DNA of 64,000 bases from an uncultured Bacteroidota bacterium (lineage in GTDB: Bacteria > Bacteroidota > Ignavibacteria > UBA10030 > UBA6906), in assembly GCA_963700635.1 (NCBI GenBank), contig CAVOYH010000003.1, positions 576,001 through 640,000 of the forward strand, read 5' to 3'. This document shows, piece after piece, positions 19,094-28,743 of this stretch (positions are counted from its first letter, which is position 1; every line of letters starts with the position of its first letter). The notes below the pieces were generated by a model, which did not search any database, was not told the DNA's origin, and saw only the letters and a list, made by a program, of their open reading frames with translations. Made by a program: the position numbers and the translations under genes.

Positions 19094-20461
19094 CTAGCGT
19101 ACCTCCTTCCGGCCCGGGGCAGCAAGCTCAGGTTTTCCTCTGGGAACGACACTCAACACGACACGTTGATCATCACGAAGCACTGTCCGGATCGCAGACT
19201 GGATATCCTCAGGATCCAGCGCCATGTATCGTGCAAGGTCTTCCTGAAAATAGTCCGGGTTTCCGGTTTGCACGTAGTACGCATTAAGCTGGTCAGCTTT
19301 TCCGCCGAACCCTCCCACCGATTCCAGCCGCCGCAGAAACGATGCTTCGTACTGATTGACAGCACGCTCAACTTCTCGCTTCTCCGGTCCTTCACTCAAC
19401 ACGTGATGCAGTTCTTCCGCAATAACCTTCTCGATCTCCGCGAGGGTATGACCACTCCGGGCGGTTGCCACAATGTGGAAGGTCGAACTCAATTGCTGTG
19501 ACGCCTGATAGGCCACGACATCCTGCGCGATTTGCAGCTCATAAACCAGACGCCTGTAGAGACGTGAGTTCTTGCCCCCGGTGAGAACAGAAGCCGCAAT
19601 ATCCATCTCGGCATCTCCGGGCCGGAAAAACGCGGGCGAGTGCCAGGCCATGTAGAGTCGCGGCAACTGTACGTTGTCTTCAAGAACCAGACGTTTTTCT
19701 GTTTCGAGAAAGGCAACCGGTGCACCCAGTGGCGGCACCGGAGGTCCCGCGGGAACATCGCTAAACCACTGCTCCACCAGCGTGCGTGTTTTTACCGGAT
19801 CAATGTCACCCGCGATGGAAAGACTCGCATTATTCGGACCGTAAAACCGTTTGAAAAATTCCACCACATCGTCGTAGCTGGCCGCAGAGAGATCTGCCAT
19901 CGAGCCAATCGTGGGCCAATGGTAGGGATGATCGGGTGGGTAGAGGTTTTCATCCAACACGATAGACGCCATGCCGTACGGACGGTTTTCATACGATTGC
20001 CGTCGCTCATTCTTGACCACATCACGCTGTCCGTCTACTTTGGCGGGAGACATCGCGTCAAGCAGGTACCCCATCCGATCGGATTCCACAAACAACGACA
20101 GGGCCAGGGCATTACTTGGAAGATTTATCCAGTAGTTGGTCCTGTCCGAATTCGTTGACCCGTTATTATCACAGCCCGCGGCTTCGAGCCATTCGTCATA
20201 TTTCCCTTCGGGCACGTGTCCCGAACCTTCGTACATGATGTGTTCGAAAAGATGGGCAAATCCCGTTCGCCCCGGCTTCTCCCGACCCGAACCAACATGA
20301 TAATAGACATTCACGCTCACTGTCGGTGTTGTGTGATCCTCATGGAGTATGACCGCGAGACCGTTCGGTAGGGTGAAACGGGTGTACGGAACACTGATCC
20401 TGTTTTCTCCTGCTGTCCCCAGCGACACTATCAACACCAGAAGCAAGAAAGCTTTTTTCAT
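19094..20461 (-). CDS. M16 family zinc peptidase, catalytic subunit
   Basis: Signal peptide, TGFAHLFEH (HxxEH), NGST..DRTNY, VKNERRQ; GGAGG RBS before ATG 20461. Confidence 0.92.
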   Translation of the reverse strand: MKKAFLLLVLIVSLGTAGENRISVPYTRFTLPNGLAVILHEDHTTPTVSVNVYYHVGSGREKPGRTGFAHLFEHIMYEGSGHVPEGKYDEWLEAAGCDNNGSTNSDRTNYWINLPSNALALSLFVESDRMGYLLDAMSPAKVDGQRDVVKNERRQSYENRPYGMASIVLDENLYPPDHPYHWPTIGSMADLSAASYDDVVEFFKRFYGPNNASLSIAGDIDPVKTRTLVEQWFSDVPAGPPVPPLGAPVAFLETEKRLVLEDNVQLPRLYMAWHSPAFFRPGDAEMDIAASVLTGGKNSRLYRRLVYELQIAQDVVAYQASQQLSSTFHIVATARSGHTLAEIEKVIAEELHHVLSEGPEKREVERAVNQYEASFLRRLESVGGFGGKADQLNAYYVQTGNPDYFQEDLARYMALDPEDIQSAIRTVLRDDQRVVLSVVPRGKPELAAPGRKEVR

Positions 20462-20587
20462 GGACCCTCCAGTTAGGGGTTGTGCGCAAGACAATGACGT
20501 ACCGCCGTAATCATACCGCATACGAACATTCCGGTGGAATGTCTGCACCGCCTTTTCTTCCAGGTCAGCCGTGATTTTTCTCCCTGG

Positions 20588-23356
20588 TCAATTGTCACTT
20601 ACTGTCGTCCCCCATCCCGGCCCGAGAAGTATTGCATTGAGCATAAGACGTTCCGTTCCATGGAAGAACCCCCTGAATACCGGTTCTCCGGCAAAGAGGA
20701 TAATTTGTCCCCGTCCTTTACTTTCCCTCGTGGTGTAGGCGGACCCAGTCCAACGGTCACGCGCCTCGGGCCACAGAAGTCCCGCAAGCCGTATCTGCGA
20801 GGCAGAGGAAAAACGGGCCGGAGTGCGTACAGGGTCTCTTGACACATATGCCGATGACGTGTACATCAGAGCGGCAACACTCTTTCCCGCGCCAAAACAG
20901 AGCCAGTGCTCCTCGTCAAGATCCACCCGGAGGATTGCCCCACGCGGCATAAAGAGCTGCCCCCGTTCATCCTGGAGTGCGATCTCCTTGTCGCTCAGAA
21001 TGCCCGGACGTGGCAACCGCACGGTATCAACACCCTGCGTTCCGCTCCAGAGCAACACGCTGTCGATGACGGGAGCTCCGGCCTGTCGCTCAAGTTCCAC
21101 CGCGCGGGAAAACACATCAAGGTCCTTCAGGGCCTGATGACGGAGTCGAACGGCGCTCAGACTGCTGGAGCTGTCAGCGACAGCAGCGGAGGCACTCCCC
21201 ATCGTAATCAGGGTTCCTCCGGCTTCAATCCAATCATGCAGACGTTTGGAACCACCTTTACCCAGCACCCGTTCCATCGTCGGTGTTCCGCCCACCGAAG
21301 GCAGAATAATTACGTTGTATTTTTGGATATCGGATGAAAGAAGCCCTGATGCCGGAAGCAGGGTAGTCTGCATCTGCATTCGATAGTCCAGAAGATGCCA
21401 GAGGGCCCCAAAACTCGTCGAGCTCACGTCCGGACCACCAACCAGGGCAACACGCGGCACACGCAGAAGCGTGAAGTCGTTGCCGCCGAGATCCGGACCC
21501 TTTGTGCTCAACGCCGTTCCCACCGCATAGAATGTCACCCCGGACGTTTTAGCGGCGAACTGTAACCTTTCGCGTAATGTGTCCGGATTTTCATTCGCCC
21601 GCAGCAGCAGTGTTCCGCGATCGAATGTATGGCCATCGACAGCAAACGGTTCTCTTCCGGATCGCACCTTGAATCCCCGGGAGAGTAATTGCGCGAGGAC
21701 TCCGGCGCTCCGGTCATCGTACGGAAGCAGATATCCGTAGGGCTTCTCCGGTCCCTCGATCCTCCCCGCAGGCCGCTCGATGGCATGGACGGGAGAGATC
21801 TGCACATCCGGCCGGGTATTCAAACCGTATGCTTCGATCCCGTAGGCCAGCGGGAGGGACCATGCGGTAACGTCATAGAGGCGCGACTTCTTGTCCTTCT
21901 CCAGAGATTTCCGCTCCTCCTGAAGGAATGAAGAGACCATCCTCGGGTCAAATTCCAGAATGGCACGCGCCAGGCGGCTCGAGGGCTGATCCAGGAAGAC
22001 AAGATAGGTCCCTCCGGGCAACAGCACGTTTTTTACGGATCCACCATATGCCGGGATTACATCCCGGACGCGAAACTCCCTGTCGGCACGATGTACCTCA
22101 ATGCCCTGCCAGCGCAAGCACTCCACCAGTCGATCAACCCGTTCCGGATTTGTCCCCCGTACAAAAGCGTATGCGCCGGGCGAGCCGGGGATATCTCGGA
22201 GCGCATCCCGCCGCGACGAGGCATACCGTATCAGAAGGTCCTTTCTGTGACGGGATGCGGTTTCACAATTGGCGAGCGAGCTCACCACATGATGGTGTAC
22301 CGTCTCCGCATATTGGAGCGTTGTTCCATCCGGGCGTTTTACCAGCGATCCGTCAACACCTGCCTGTTCGTACAGTATTCCCACCGCATCGGTGTAGAGC
22401 GACCAGGAACTTGCATAACCGGGGTACCAATCATCGCTCCATTCCCGCGTGTAGTAGCTCCAACCGTACCGGTCAAAAGCTCGCGCCTGATCCCGTGCAA
22501 ACACATTCCACCACTCCCGGGAGTTCGTGGAGATGTTGGGATTTATGGGCTGACGGGGCGGGGAGAACAGGTAGGTGTCATACGGGCCCATTTCGTGCGA
22601 ATCGATAAATACCTGCGGGTGCCATTGCGTGACGGTTTCTACACGGGCACGGGTTTCAGGATGGACCATCACAAACCAATCCCTGTTAAGATCAAAAAGG
22701 TAGTGATTACCCCTCCCGTACGGCCAGACACCGGTGTGATGAAGACTCTGTACATCGGGGTTCGGCAGGACACTGCTCCATTGTTCCATCTGCGAGAGGA
22801 ATCGTTCACGCCCGTCCGGATTTTCCATCGGATCAATGCAGATGACAAGATTCTTCAACGCCGACAGCGTGGCCGTGTCCGTCCCTGCCGCAAGCTGGTA
22901 GGCCACGTGAAGGGCCGCATCAACGGAAGAAAGTTCATCACCGTGGATTCCATAACCGATCCAGACAACAGCGGGGAGTTTCTCTGCAATGGTGCGGACC
23001 TCGGCATCGGTTACCGTACGCGGATCTGCGAGCCTGGCGTGGTCGCGACGAATGGCATCGAGATTTTGCAGATGTGCTGGATCCGACAGAACAAGATAGT
23101 ACAGCTTCCGCCTTTCATAGGTCTCACCCATCTCCATCAACCGGACCCGGGGAGATTGAGCTGCCAGAGAACGGCAGTACGCAACAACCTCCGCATACCG
23201 GGCAGGTCGATCTCCGGGGTTAAAACCCAGGACCTCGGCTGGAGCAGAAATGGCAGCATCATACAGACCACTCCCCGGGCGAATGGCAGACAATGGTTGT
23301 GCGAGTGCAACCAGCGAACAACAGAATGTTGTGAACACTATGAACCAAACTTTCAC
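20588..23356 (-). CDS. M14 zinc carboxypeptidase with C-terminal GATase1-like domain
   Basis: HGDE, NPDGRE, NHYLFDLNRDW, DSHEM motifs; signal peptide; AAGGAG RBS before GTG 23356. Confidence 0.88.
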   Translation of the reverse strand: MKVWFIVFTTFCCSLVALAQPLSAIRPGSGLYDAAISAPAEVLGFNPGDRPARYAEVVAYCRSLAAQSPRVRLMEMGETYERRKLYYLVLSDPAHLQNLDAIRRDHARLADPRTVTDAEVRTIAEKLPAVVWIGYGIHGDELSSVDAALHVAYQLAAGTDTATLSALKNLVICIDPMENPDGRERFLSQMEQWSSVLPNPDVQSLHHTGVWPYGRGNHYLFDLNRDWFVMVHPETRARVETVTQWHPQVFIDSHEMGPYDTYLFSPPRQPINPNISTNSREWWNVFARDQARAFDRYGWSYYTREWSDDWYPGYASSWSLYTDAVGILYEQAGVDGSLVKRPDGTTLQYAETVHHHVVSSLANCETASRHRKDLLIRYASSRRDALRDIPGSPGAYAFVRGTNPERVDRLVECLRWQGIEVHRADREFRVRDVIPAYGGSVKNVLLPGGTYLVFLDQPSSRLARAILEFDPRMVSSFLQEERKSLEKDKKSRLYDVTAWSLPLAYGIEAYGLNTRPDVQISPVHAIERPAGRIEGPEKPYGYLLPYDDRSAGVLAQLLSRGFKVRSGREPFAVDGHTFDRGTLLLRANENPDTLRERLQFAAKTSGVTFYAVGTALSTKGPDLGGNDFTLLRVPRVALVGGPDVSSTSFGALWHLLDYRMQMQTTLLPASGLLSSDIQKYNVIILPSVGGTPTMERVLGKGGSKRLHDWIEAGGTLITMGSASAAVADSSSSLSAVRLRHQALKDLDVFSRAVELERQAGAPVIDSVLLWSGTQGVDTVRLPRPGILSDKEIALQDERGQLFMPRGAILRVDLDEEHWLCFGAGKSVAALMYTSSAYVSRDPVRTPARFSSASQIRLAGLLWPEARDRWTGSAYTTRESKGRGQIILFAGEPVFRGFFHGTERLMLNAILLGPGWGTTVSDN

Positions 23357-23412
23357 GGTTCGCTCCTTGGCTATGTGGAAAACTGTTGTAGGGTCGTTTG
23401 CACGAACGGGAT

Positions 23413-24363
23413 TCAGCGCGAAAGGATCAACACGAGAAGACCGGTGAGCATAATAAGCAATCCCACACCTGCAGCGATATAGCGGCCACGGACCCGGTTC
23501 CAATCCGATTGGCCTTCTGTGTTGATTTCAAACGGCCAGTGACCCAGCAGCGATTGCACTTCGCTCATGCTCTGTGGACGCAGGTGAGGATCAACTGCCA
23601 GACAGCGAGAACACAGATGGGAAAGCGAGCCAGGTACGTCGGCACGCAACGTTCCCACCTCTCGAAGGTCCTCGGTAGCGATGGTCGTTATGTGCCCGGG
23701 CATTCGCGAACCCCGAAACGGCATCACTCCGGTGAGCATTTCATAGATGACAAGGCCGAAGGTCCAGATATCAGACCGTTCATCGGGAAGAGTACCCCGC
23801 AGTTGTTCCGGGGCCCTGTACTCAACAATTCCGGACCTGGCATCTCCGGCGTGTTCCCAGTACCGGGCCTCGTGCGGCAAGCCAAAATCCAGCAACTTAA
23901 CAACCCCGTCACTGGTCACCATGATATTCGACGGCTGCAGAAGTCCGTGCACAATGGCATGCTCGTGCGCCATTGCCAGACCTTCTGCCATCTGCCGTGC
24001 AATCGCGATGGACATTTCAACGGGGAGGGGGCCACGGAGCAGTTTCTCTCCGACGGTTTCCCCGTCATAACACACCATCGCCATAAACATACGGCCGTCA
24101 TCTGTTTCGTCGATGTCAGCAATGGTGCTGATATTCGGATGATCCAGGGCAGAAGCCGCGCGTGCTTCGCGCATGAACCGTTCACGCGTATCGAGGTCGC
24201 GGGTAACGTATTCGGGCAGAATCCTGAGCGCAACCGTACGCCTGCGGCGCAGGTCCTCGGCCCGGTACAGTTCTCCCGGCCCATCACTCTCAATCCTGGA
24301 AAGAATCCGGTAATGGGTTATCGTCTGACCCGCCGGTATCACATTCCGTTCGTGCAGAGGCAT
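23413..24363 (-). CDS. Hanks-type Ser/Thr kinase-like protein with degenerate catalytic motifs (pseudokinase) and C-terminal TM
   Basis: Scaffold motifs RF.REA, LDHPNI, DFG, APEQ, SDIW..G..YEMLTG are kept; the G-loop, VAxK and HRD motifs are altered. Confidence 0.85.
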   Translation of the reverse strand: MPLHERNVIPAGQTITHYRILSRIESDGPGELYRAEDLRRRRTVALRILPEYVTRDLDTRERFMREARAASALDHPNISTIADIDETDDGRMFMAMVCYDGETVGEKLLRGPLPVEMSIAIARQMAEGLAMAHEHAIVHGLLQPSNIMVTSDGVVKLLDFGLPHEARYWEHAGDARSGIVEYRAPEQLRGTLPDERSDIWTFGLVIYEMLTGVMPFRGSRMPGHITTIATEDLREVGTLRADVPGSLSHLCSRCLAVDPHLRPQSMSEVQSLLGHWPFEINTEGQSDWNRVRGRYIAAGVGLLIMLTGLLVLILSR

Positions 24364-24365
24364 GG

Positions 24366-25109
24366 TCAGCGCCTTGTCCAGACAGTACGCGCCAACACAA
24401 CCTCCCGGTGCCCGCCGCTTCCTGTCATGCGGTGCTCGTACGTGGATTCATCAACAGCGTGCGTGGCAATCTGCACGGTTTCGCCGAACTGGACCGCGCG
24501 CTTATGTTCAATATCCAGCGCAACGACTCCCCCGTCCCTCCACACTGCTTCCGGCACGGCTTCGGCAAGCCATTCCACGTAGTGCGTATTGTTGACATGA
24601 TCATTCATATCCAGGTCGGCCCGACGGACGCGGAACTCCGTCACGAAGTCAGGATCGCCGGCAGGGTTAATAAGCGGGAACGCATCGTGAACCATCCGCT
24701 CCGGATGAACCGGATGATTTTTTCCGAGCACGTTTTCGACCGTGACAGGACGATTACGCCGTACATCAATCAAAAACCATTCACTCGATGCTATGGCGAA
24801 TGGCTCGGCTGCTCCGTTCTGCCAGAGGCGGAAATCGCGCCGGGCAAACCGGCTCTCCAGCCCGGAAGGCCAGGTTTCCGCTTTGATCATCGAACGTCCT
24901 GAGGGGATTTCTTTCACCCGTAACTGGAGCCGGACCAGCATCCACGTGAGTGACTGTCTTAGCATCTTCTCCGTGTCAAAGGCCAGGTCAACGGCATTGT
25001 ATTCAGCCGCTTCCTGCAAGAAACGATAGATCACCCAGAGGGGTATCTCTCCACGGTGATCCAATTCGTAACTCTTCAGCTCGAGGGGATATACGCCGAC
25101 TGGATTCAT
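24366..25109 (-). CDS. Acyl-ACP thioesterase
   Basis: YELD, QEAA, ETWPS, RDF, VRRADLDMNDHVNN..Y.W double hot-dog motifs. Confidence 0.9.
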   Translation of the reverse strand: MNPVGVYPLELKSYELDHRGEIPLWVIYRFLQEAAEYNAVDLAFDTEKMLRQSLTWMLVRLQLRVKEIPSGRSMIKAETWPSGLESRFARRDFRLWQNGAAEPFAIASSEWFLIDVRRNRPVTVENVLGKNHPVHPERMVHDAFPLINPAGDPDFVTEFRVRRADLDMNDHVNNTHYVEWLAEAVPEAVWRDGGVVALDIEHKRAVQFGETVQIATHAVDESTYEHRMTGSGGHREVVLARTVWTRR

Positions 25110-25249
25110 AGTTCACCGTGCACAAGATACACAGCATGGACGCCTCATGCAAGACGTGAGAAGCGTATCCCCCTCCCGCAGTGGAAATCCTTCATCGAGG
25201 TTGCGATTACGGCTCCTTTCTCATATTTTGGATTGTCGAGATATCCTCT

Positions 25250-26239
25250 ATGAACCTTCACAAACATGGCGTTCTCCTCCGGTGCGGAGAACCGGGATCG
25301 TGGGATGCGGGTATGGTTGAATCGCCCGTCATCTGGTACGATGTGCGCCGGAATCGGTTCGGCATGGTCTACACCGGCTACGCACGACTCCGGGAGGACA
25401 TTCGCGGTTACGCTTCCGTGACCAGGCCGCAGGTGGGACTCGCCTGGTCTGAAAATCTGCTCTGCTGGCAGAAAGACTCCCGCAACCCGATTTTTGGCCC
25501 AAGCGGAATTCCCGGCACGCCCGATGAACAGGGGACACCCGGTCCATTCATCCATCAGGAGGCGGATCAGTACTTCCTCTTTTACTTCGGAACAACACAT
25601 CCGGGGTATGAGAAGGGTGTGAAGTCCCTGAACCTGTCAACGTCGACGGACCTTGTGCACTGGAACCGATTTGAAAAGAACCCGATCATATCACCCCGGG
25701 GTCATGGATGGCGCAAAGATGCGATATGGCATCCGAACGTTATTAAAGTGGACGGCCGTTATTTTCTGTTCTTCAATGCTTCAGGACTCGTTGACGGAGT
25801 CGAGGAAGAATACATAGGGCATGCGACATCCCGCGATCTTTTTCACTGGGATGTCCAGGACGCGGACGCACCACTCATTGTGGGAAGCAGAATTCCGGGA
25901 GCGTGGGATTCAAGAGGGCGAACAGGTGACCCGAGTGTGTTCCGAGTTGGCAATCGCTGGTTTATGGCCTACTACAGTTGGGACGGGAAACATGCTCAGG
26001 ATGGGCTCGCGTGGACGTCTCCGGACAAGTTTCCTCTTGGATGGAGGCCGCTCATTGACAATCCCGTCCTGCGTACTGGTCCGCCCGGAACCTTCGACGC
26101 CCTCCACGCAGCAAAACCGTTTGTCGTTATTCACGGCGACACATACTATCACTATTATACGGCAGTTGCCGAGGATGAAACCCGGGAGATCGCACTGGCG
26201 ACGGTCCCGGTAACGGAGCTTGCCGAGATCCTTGCGTGA
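25250..26239 (+). CDS. Beta-propeller glycoside hydrolase-like protein (GH43/GH32/GH130-like clan)
   Basis: Repeated WD/FD....P.V blades, GLAWS.., STDLVHW.R..KNPII; no signal peptide. Confidence 0.65.
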   Translation: MNLHKHGVLLRCGEPGSWDAGMVESPVIWYDVRRNRFGMVYTGYARLREDIRGYASVTRPQVGLAWSENLLCWQKDSRNPIFGPSGIPGTPDEQGTPGPFIHQEADQYFLFYFGTTHPGYEKGVKSLNLSTSTDLVHWNRFEKNPIISPRGHGWRKDAIWHPNVIKVDGRYFLFFNASGLVDGVEEEYIGHATSRDLFHWDVQDADAPLIVGSRIPGAWDSRGRTGDPSVFRVGNRWFMAYYSWDGKHAQDGLAWTSPDKFPLGWRPLIDNPVLRTGPPGTFDALHAAKPFVVIHGDTYYHYYTAVAEDETREIALATVPVTELAEILA

Positions 26240-26319
26240 CGGGTCTTCGTGCTTGCAACCCACGCAGGGGGGGGCACGGAAACCGCCCCATGTTGTTCTA
26301 CAGACACTACGTTGAGACC

Positions 26320-28076
26320 ATGATGAATCGTATTGCCCAGCACGTCCGTTGTATCACCGTGTTCACACTCATCGCATTTGCCGGCTGCGCGCCGGAGATC
26401 CGGGTGCCCGCGGTCTCTGCCGACGTGCTGCCTGCTTCCTGGGAGTTCCTGCAGGATGAACCGGCGGCCACAGGCACGAGGGGTATGATTGCCAGTGATG
26501 CTCCGCTCGCGTCTGAAACGGGCATCATGATTCTCCGGCGGGGTGGAAACGCAATCGATGCCGCAGTCGCTACGGCGTTTGCCCTTGCCGTTGTCATGCC
26601 GGAAGCCGGAAACATCGGAGGGGGAGGATTCCTTGTCCTGCGGATGCACGATGGCACGGCCGCCGCTCTGGACTTTCGTGAAAAAGCTCCTCTGGCCGCC
26701 CGGCGTGATATGTATCTTGACGCGGACGGAAAATCCACTGATCACTCCATTACGGGGCATCTCGCGGCCGGGGTACCCGGGAGTGTCGCAGGTCTTTTTG
26801 AGGCGCACCGTCGGTTCGGCCGGCTTCCATGGCGCCAGGTTGTTGAACCGGCCATTGATCTTGCGGACAAGGGTTTCGTCGTAACACGCGATTTCGCAGG
26901 GTCCGTGAGGGCAGACTCCTTGCGACTTGCCCGATATCCAGCATCCGCAGCCCTCTTTTACCTGACGGCCATCCCCCGCGGGAAGGAAGTTTGTGGAAGA
27001 ATCCGGATCTCGGACGGACTCTTCGGAGGATCGCCGAAGATGGTCCGGCTGGCTTCTATGATGGCACAACCGCAGACCTGATCAACGCCGAGATGCACCG
27101 CGGGCACGGTATTGTAACCTCAGCGGATCTGAAGGCATACACGGCCCAATGGCGCACGCCGATCCGGTCAACATACCGTCATCACACGATCATCTCCATG
27201 CCGCCCCCATCTTCCGGCGGAATATGCGTCGCGCTGATTGCCAACATTTTAGAAGCCTATGACCTTCGCGGCATGGGCTGGCACTCTGCGGAGGCCATAC
27301 ATCTTGCCGTTGAAGCGATGCGGCGTGCATTCGCTGACAGAAATCACTTTCTCGGCGACCCTGATTTTGTCCGCTTTCCTCAGGACGCCCTTCTCTCCGT
27401 AGAGTACGCGCAGAAGAGAAGGGAAACAATGTACGCCACCAGGGCAACCCCCTCAGCCGACGTTGCCCATGGTACGCCAACACCACGGAATGAGAATATC
27501 CACACAACACATTTCTCTGTTGCCGATAGCGCGGGAAATGTTGTGGCGTTGACCACAACAGTGAACCATGGCTTTGGATCTGCGGTCACAGTCGCCGGCG
27601 CGGGGTTTCTCCTGAACAACGAGATGGATGATTTTGCAGCAAAGCCCGGTAGTCCCAACGCATTTGGTCTTGTTCAGGGCGAAGCCAATGCCATCGCCCC
27701 CGGAAAGCGTATTCTTTCATCCATGAGTCCAACGATCGTGGTTGACCCAAACGGGAAGCCACTTCTGATTACCGGGGCGAGCGGCGGACCCCGGATTATC
27801 ACCGCGGTGTTTCAGGTTATTTCAAATGTCGTGGACTACGGGGCGGACATTACCTTTGCGGTGACAGCGCCACGGTATCATCATCAGCACCTTCCCGATA
27901 CGGTGCTTCTCGAGCAGGGCGGGTTTCCGCTCGAGCGCACTATTGCACTCCAGCGGATGGGACATGCCACAAAACAGATTCACCGTCTGGCAGTCGCTCC
28001 GTCGATTCTGCAAAAACAGGGGATGTGGCGCGGCAGAGCAGACCCCCGGACCGGGGGAGCGGCCATCGGATACTGA
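26320..28076 (+). pseudogene. ggt: Gamma-glutamyltransferase lipoprotein, split by a 1-nt frameshift (possibly an assembly error)
   Basis: 5' ORF has GGNAIDAAVA, GNIGGGGF, DFRE.AP, GVPG; 3' ORF has PPPSSGG, TTHFSV.D (catalytic Thr), LNNEMDDF, SSMSP, GASGG, DPR. The frames join at the T run 26956-26959. Confidence 0.88.
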
Positions 28077-28215
28077 CCATGTGCATACCGGTGCCCGCTA
28101 CGGTCTCTCCCCGTCATTCCACGGAACCGGAACTGTTGTACAGGAAAAGAACAAGATCAGCTCGCCCCGAAACCCCCAAAAGGGCCTGCGAAATTTACCG
28201 AGAGGAGTGTGTCGC

Positions 28216-28740
28216 ATGTTCTGGATTACCATCGTCCGTGATTTTATCAAGATCCTGCGGGAGGGGCAGACTCCGGCCCAGGTTGCCGGAGGATTCGCGC
28301 TCGGGTCCATCCTTGGACTCTCGCCCGTCTTCACGCTTCAGGGTATTGTGATCTGGTTGATCATTCTCGTCCTGAATGTCAACTTGTCCGCAGCCCTGCT
28401 GGCGCTGACAGTGTTCAGTCTGTTCGCGTTTTTGCTTGACCCCGTATTCCATTATGTCGGATATCAGGCACTCGTGAACATTGAGATGTTGCAGGGTCTC
28501 TGGACCTCGATGTATAATGCACCCATCGCCCCGTTGACGCGCTTCAATAACACGGTGGTCCTGGGAAGTTTTGTAAGCGCGCTGGTGCTGTTCGTGCCGG
28601 TGTATTGGGGCATGAAACGATTTGTGCTCGCGTACCGCGCTTCAGTGGGAAAAAAGATCGCGCAGTGGAAGGTGTACCAGGTTATCAAGAAGAGTGCCCT
28701 GGTACAATGGTACGAAAAATTACGCGATCTCGGAGGATGA
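28216..28740 (+). CDS. TIGR03546-family membrane protein
   Basis: P.QVA.GFALG..LGL.P, LNVNL, LDP.F..VG, Y.APIAP.TRFNNTVVLGS; directly upstream of the TIGR03545 partner. Confidence 0.8.
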   Translation: MFWITIVRDFIKILREGQTPAQVAGGFALGSILGLSPVFTLQGIVIWLIILVLNVNLSAALLALTVFSLFAFLLDPVFHYVGYQALVNIEMLQGLWTSMYNAPIAPLTRFNNTVVLGSFVSALVLFVPVYWGMKRFVLAYRASVGKKIAQWKVYQVIKKSALVQWYEKLRDLGG

Positions 28741-28743
28741 CCG

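Noticed and set aside
17628-20461. Active plus inactive M16 peptidase pair
   Set aside because: Known heterodimeric M16B arrangement.
22091-24582. Long plus-strand ORFs of 463 and 394 aa
   Set aside because: Antisense shadows of the M14 peptidase, pseudokinase and thioesterase genes; no motifs and atypical composition.
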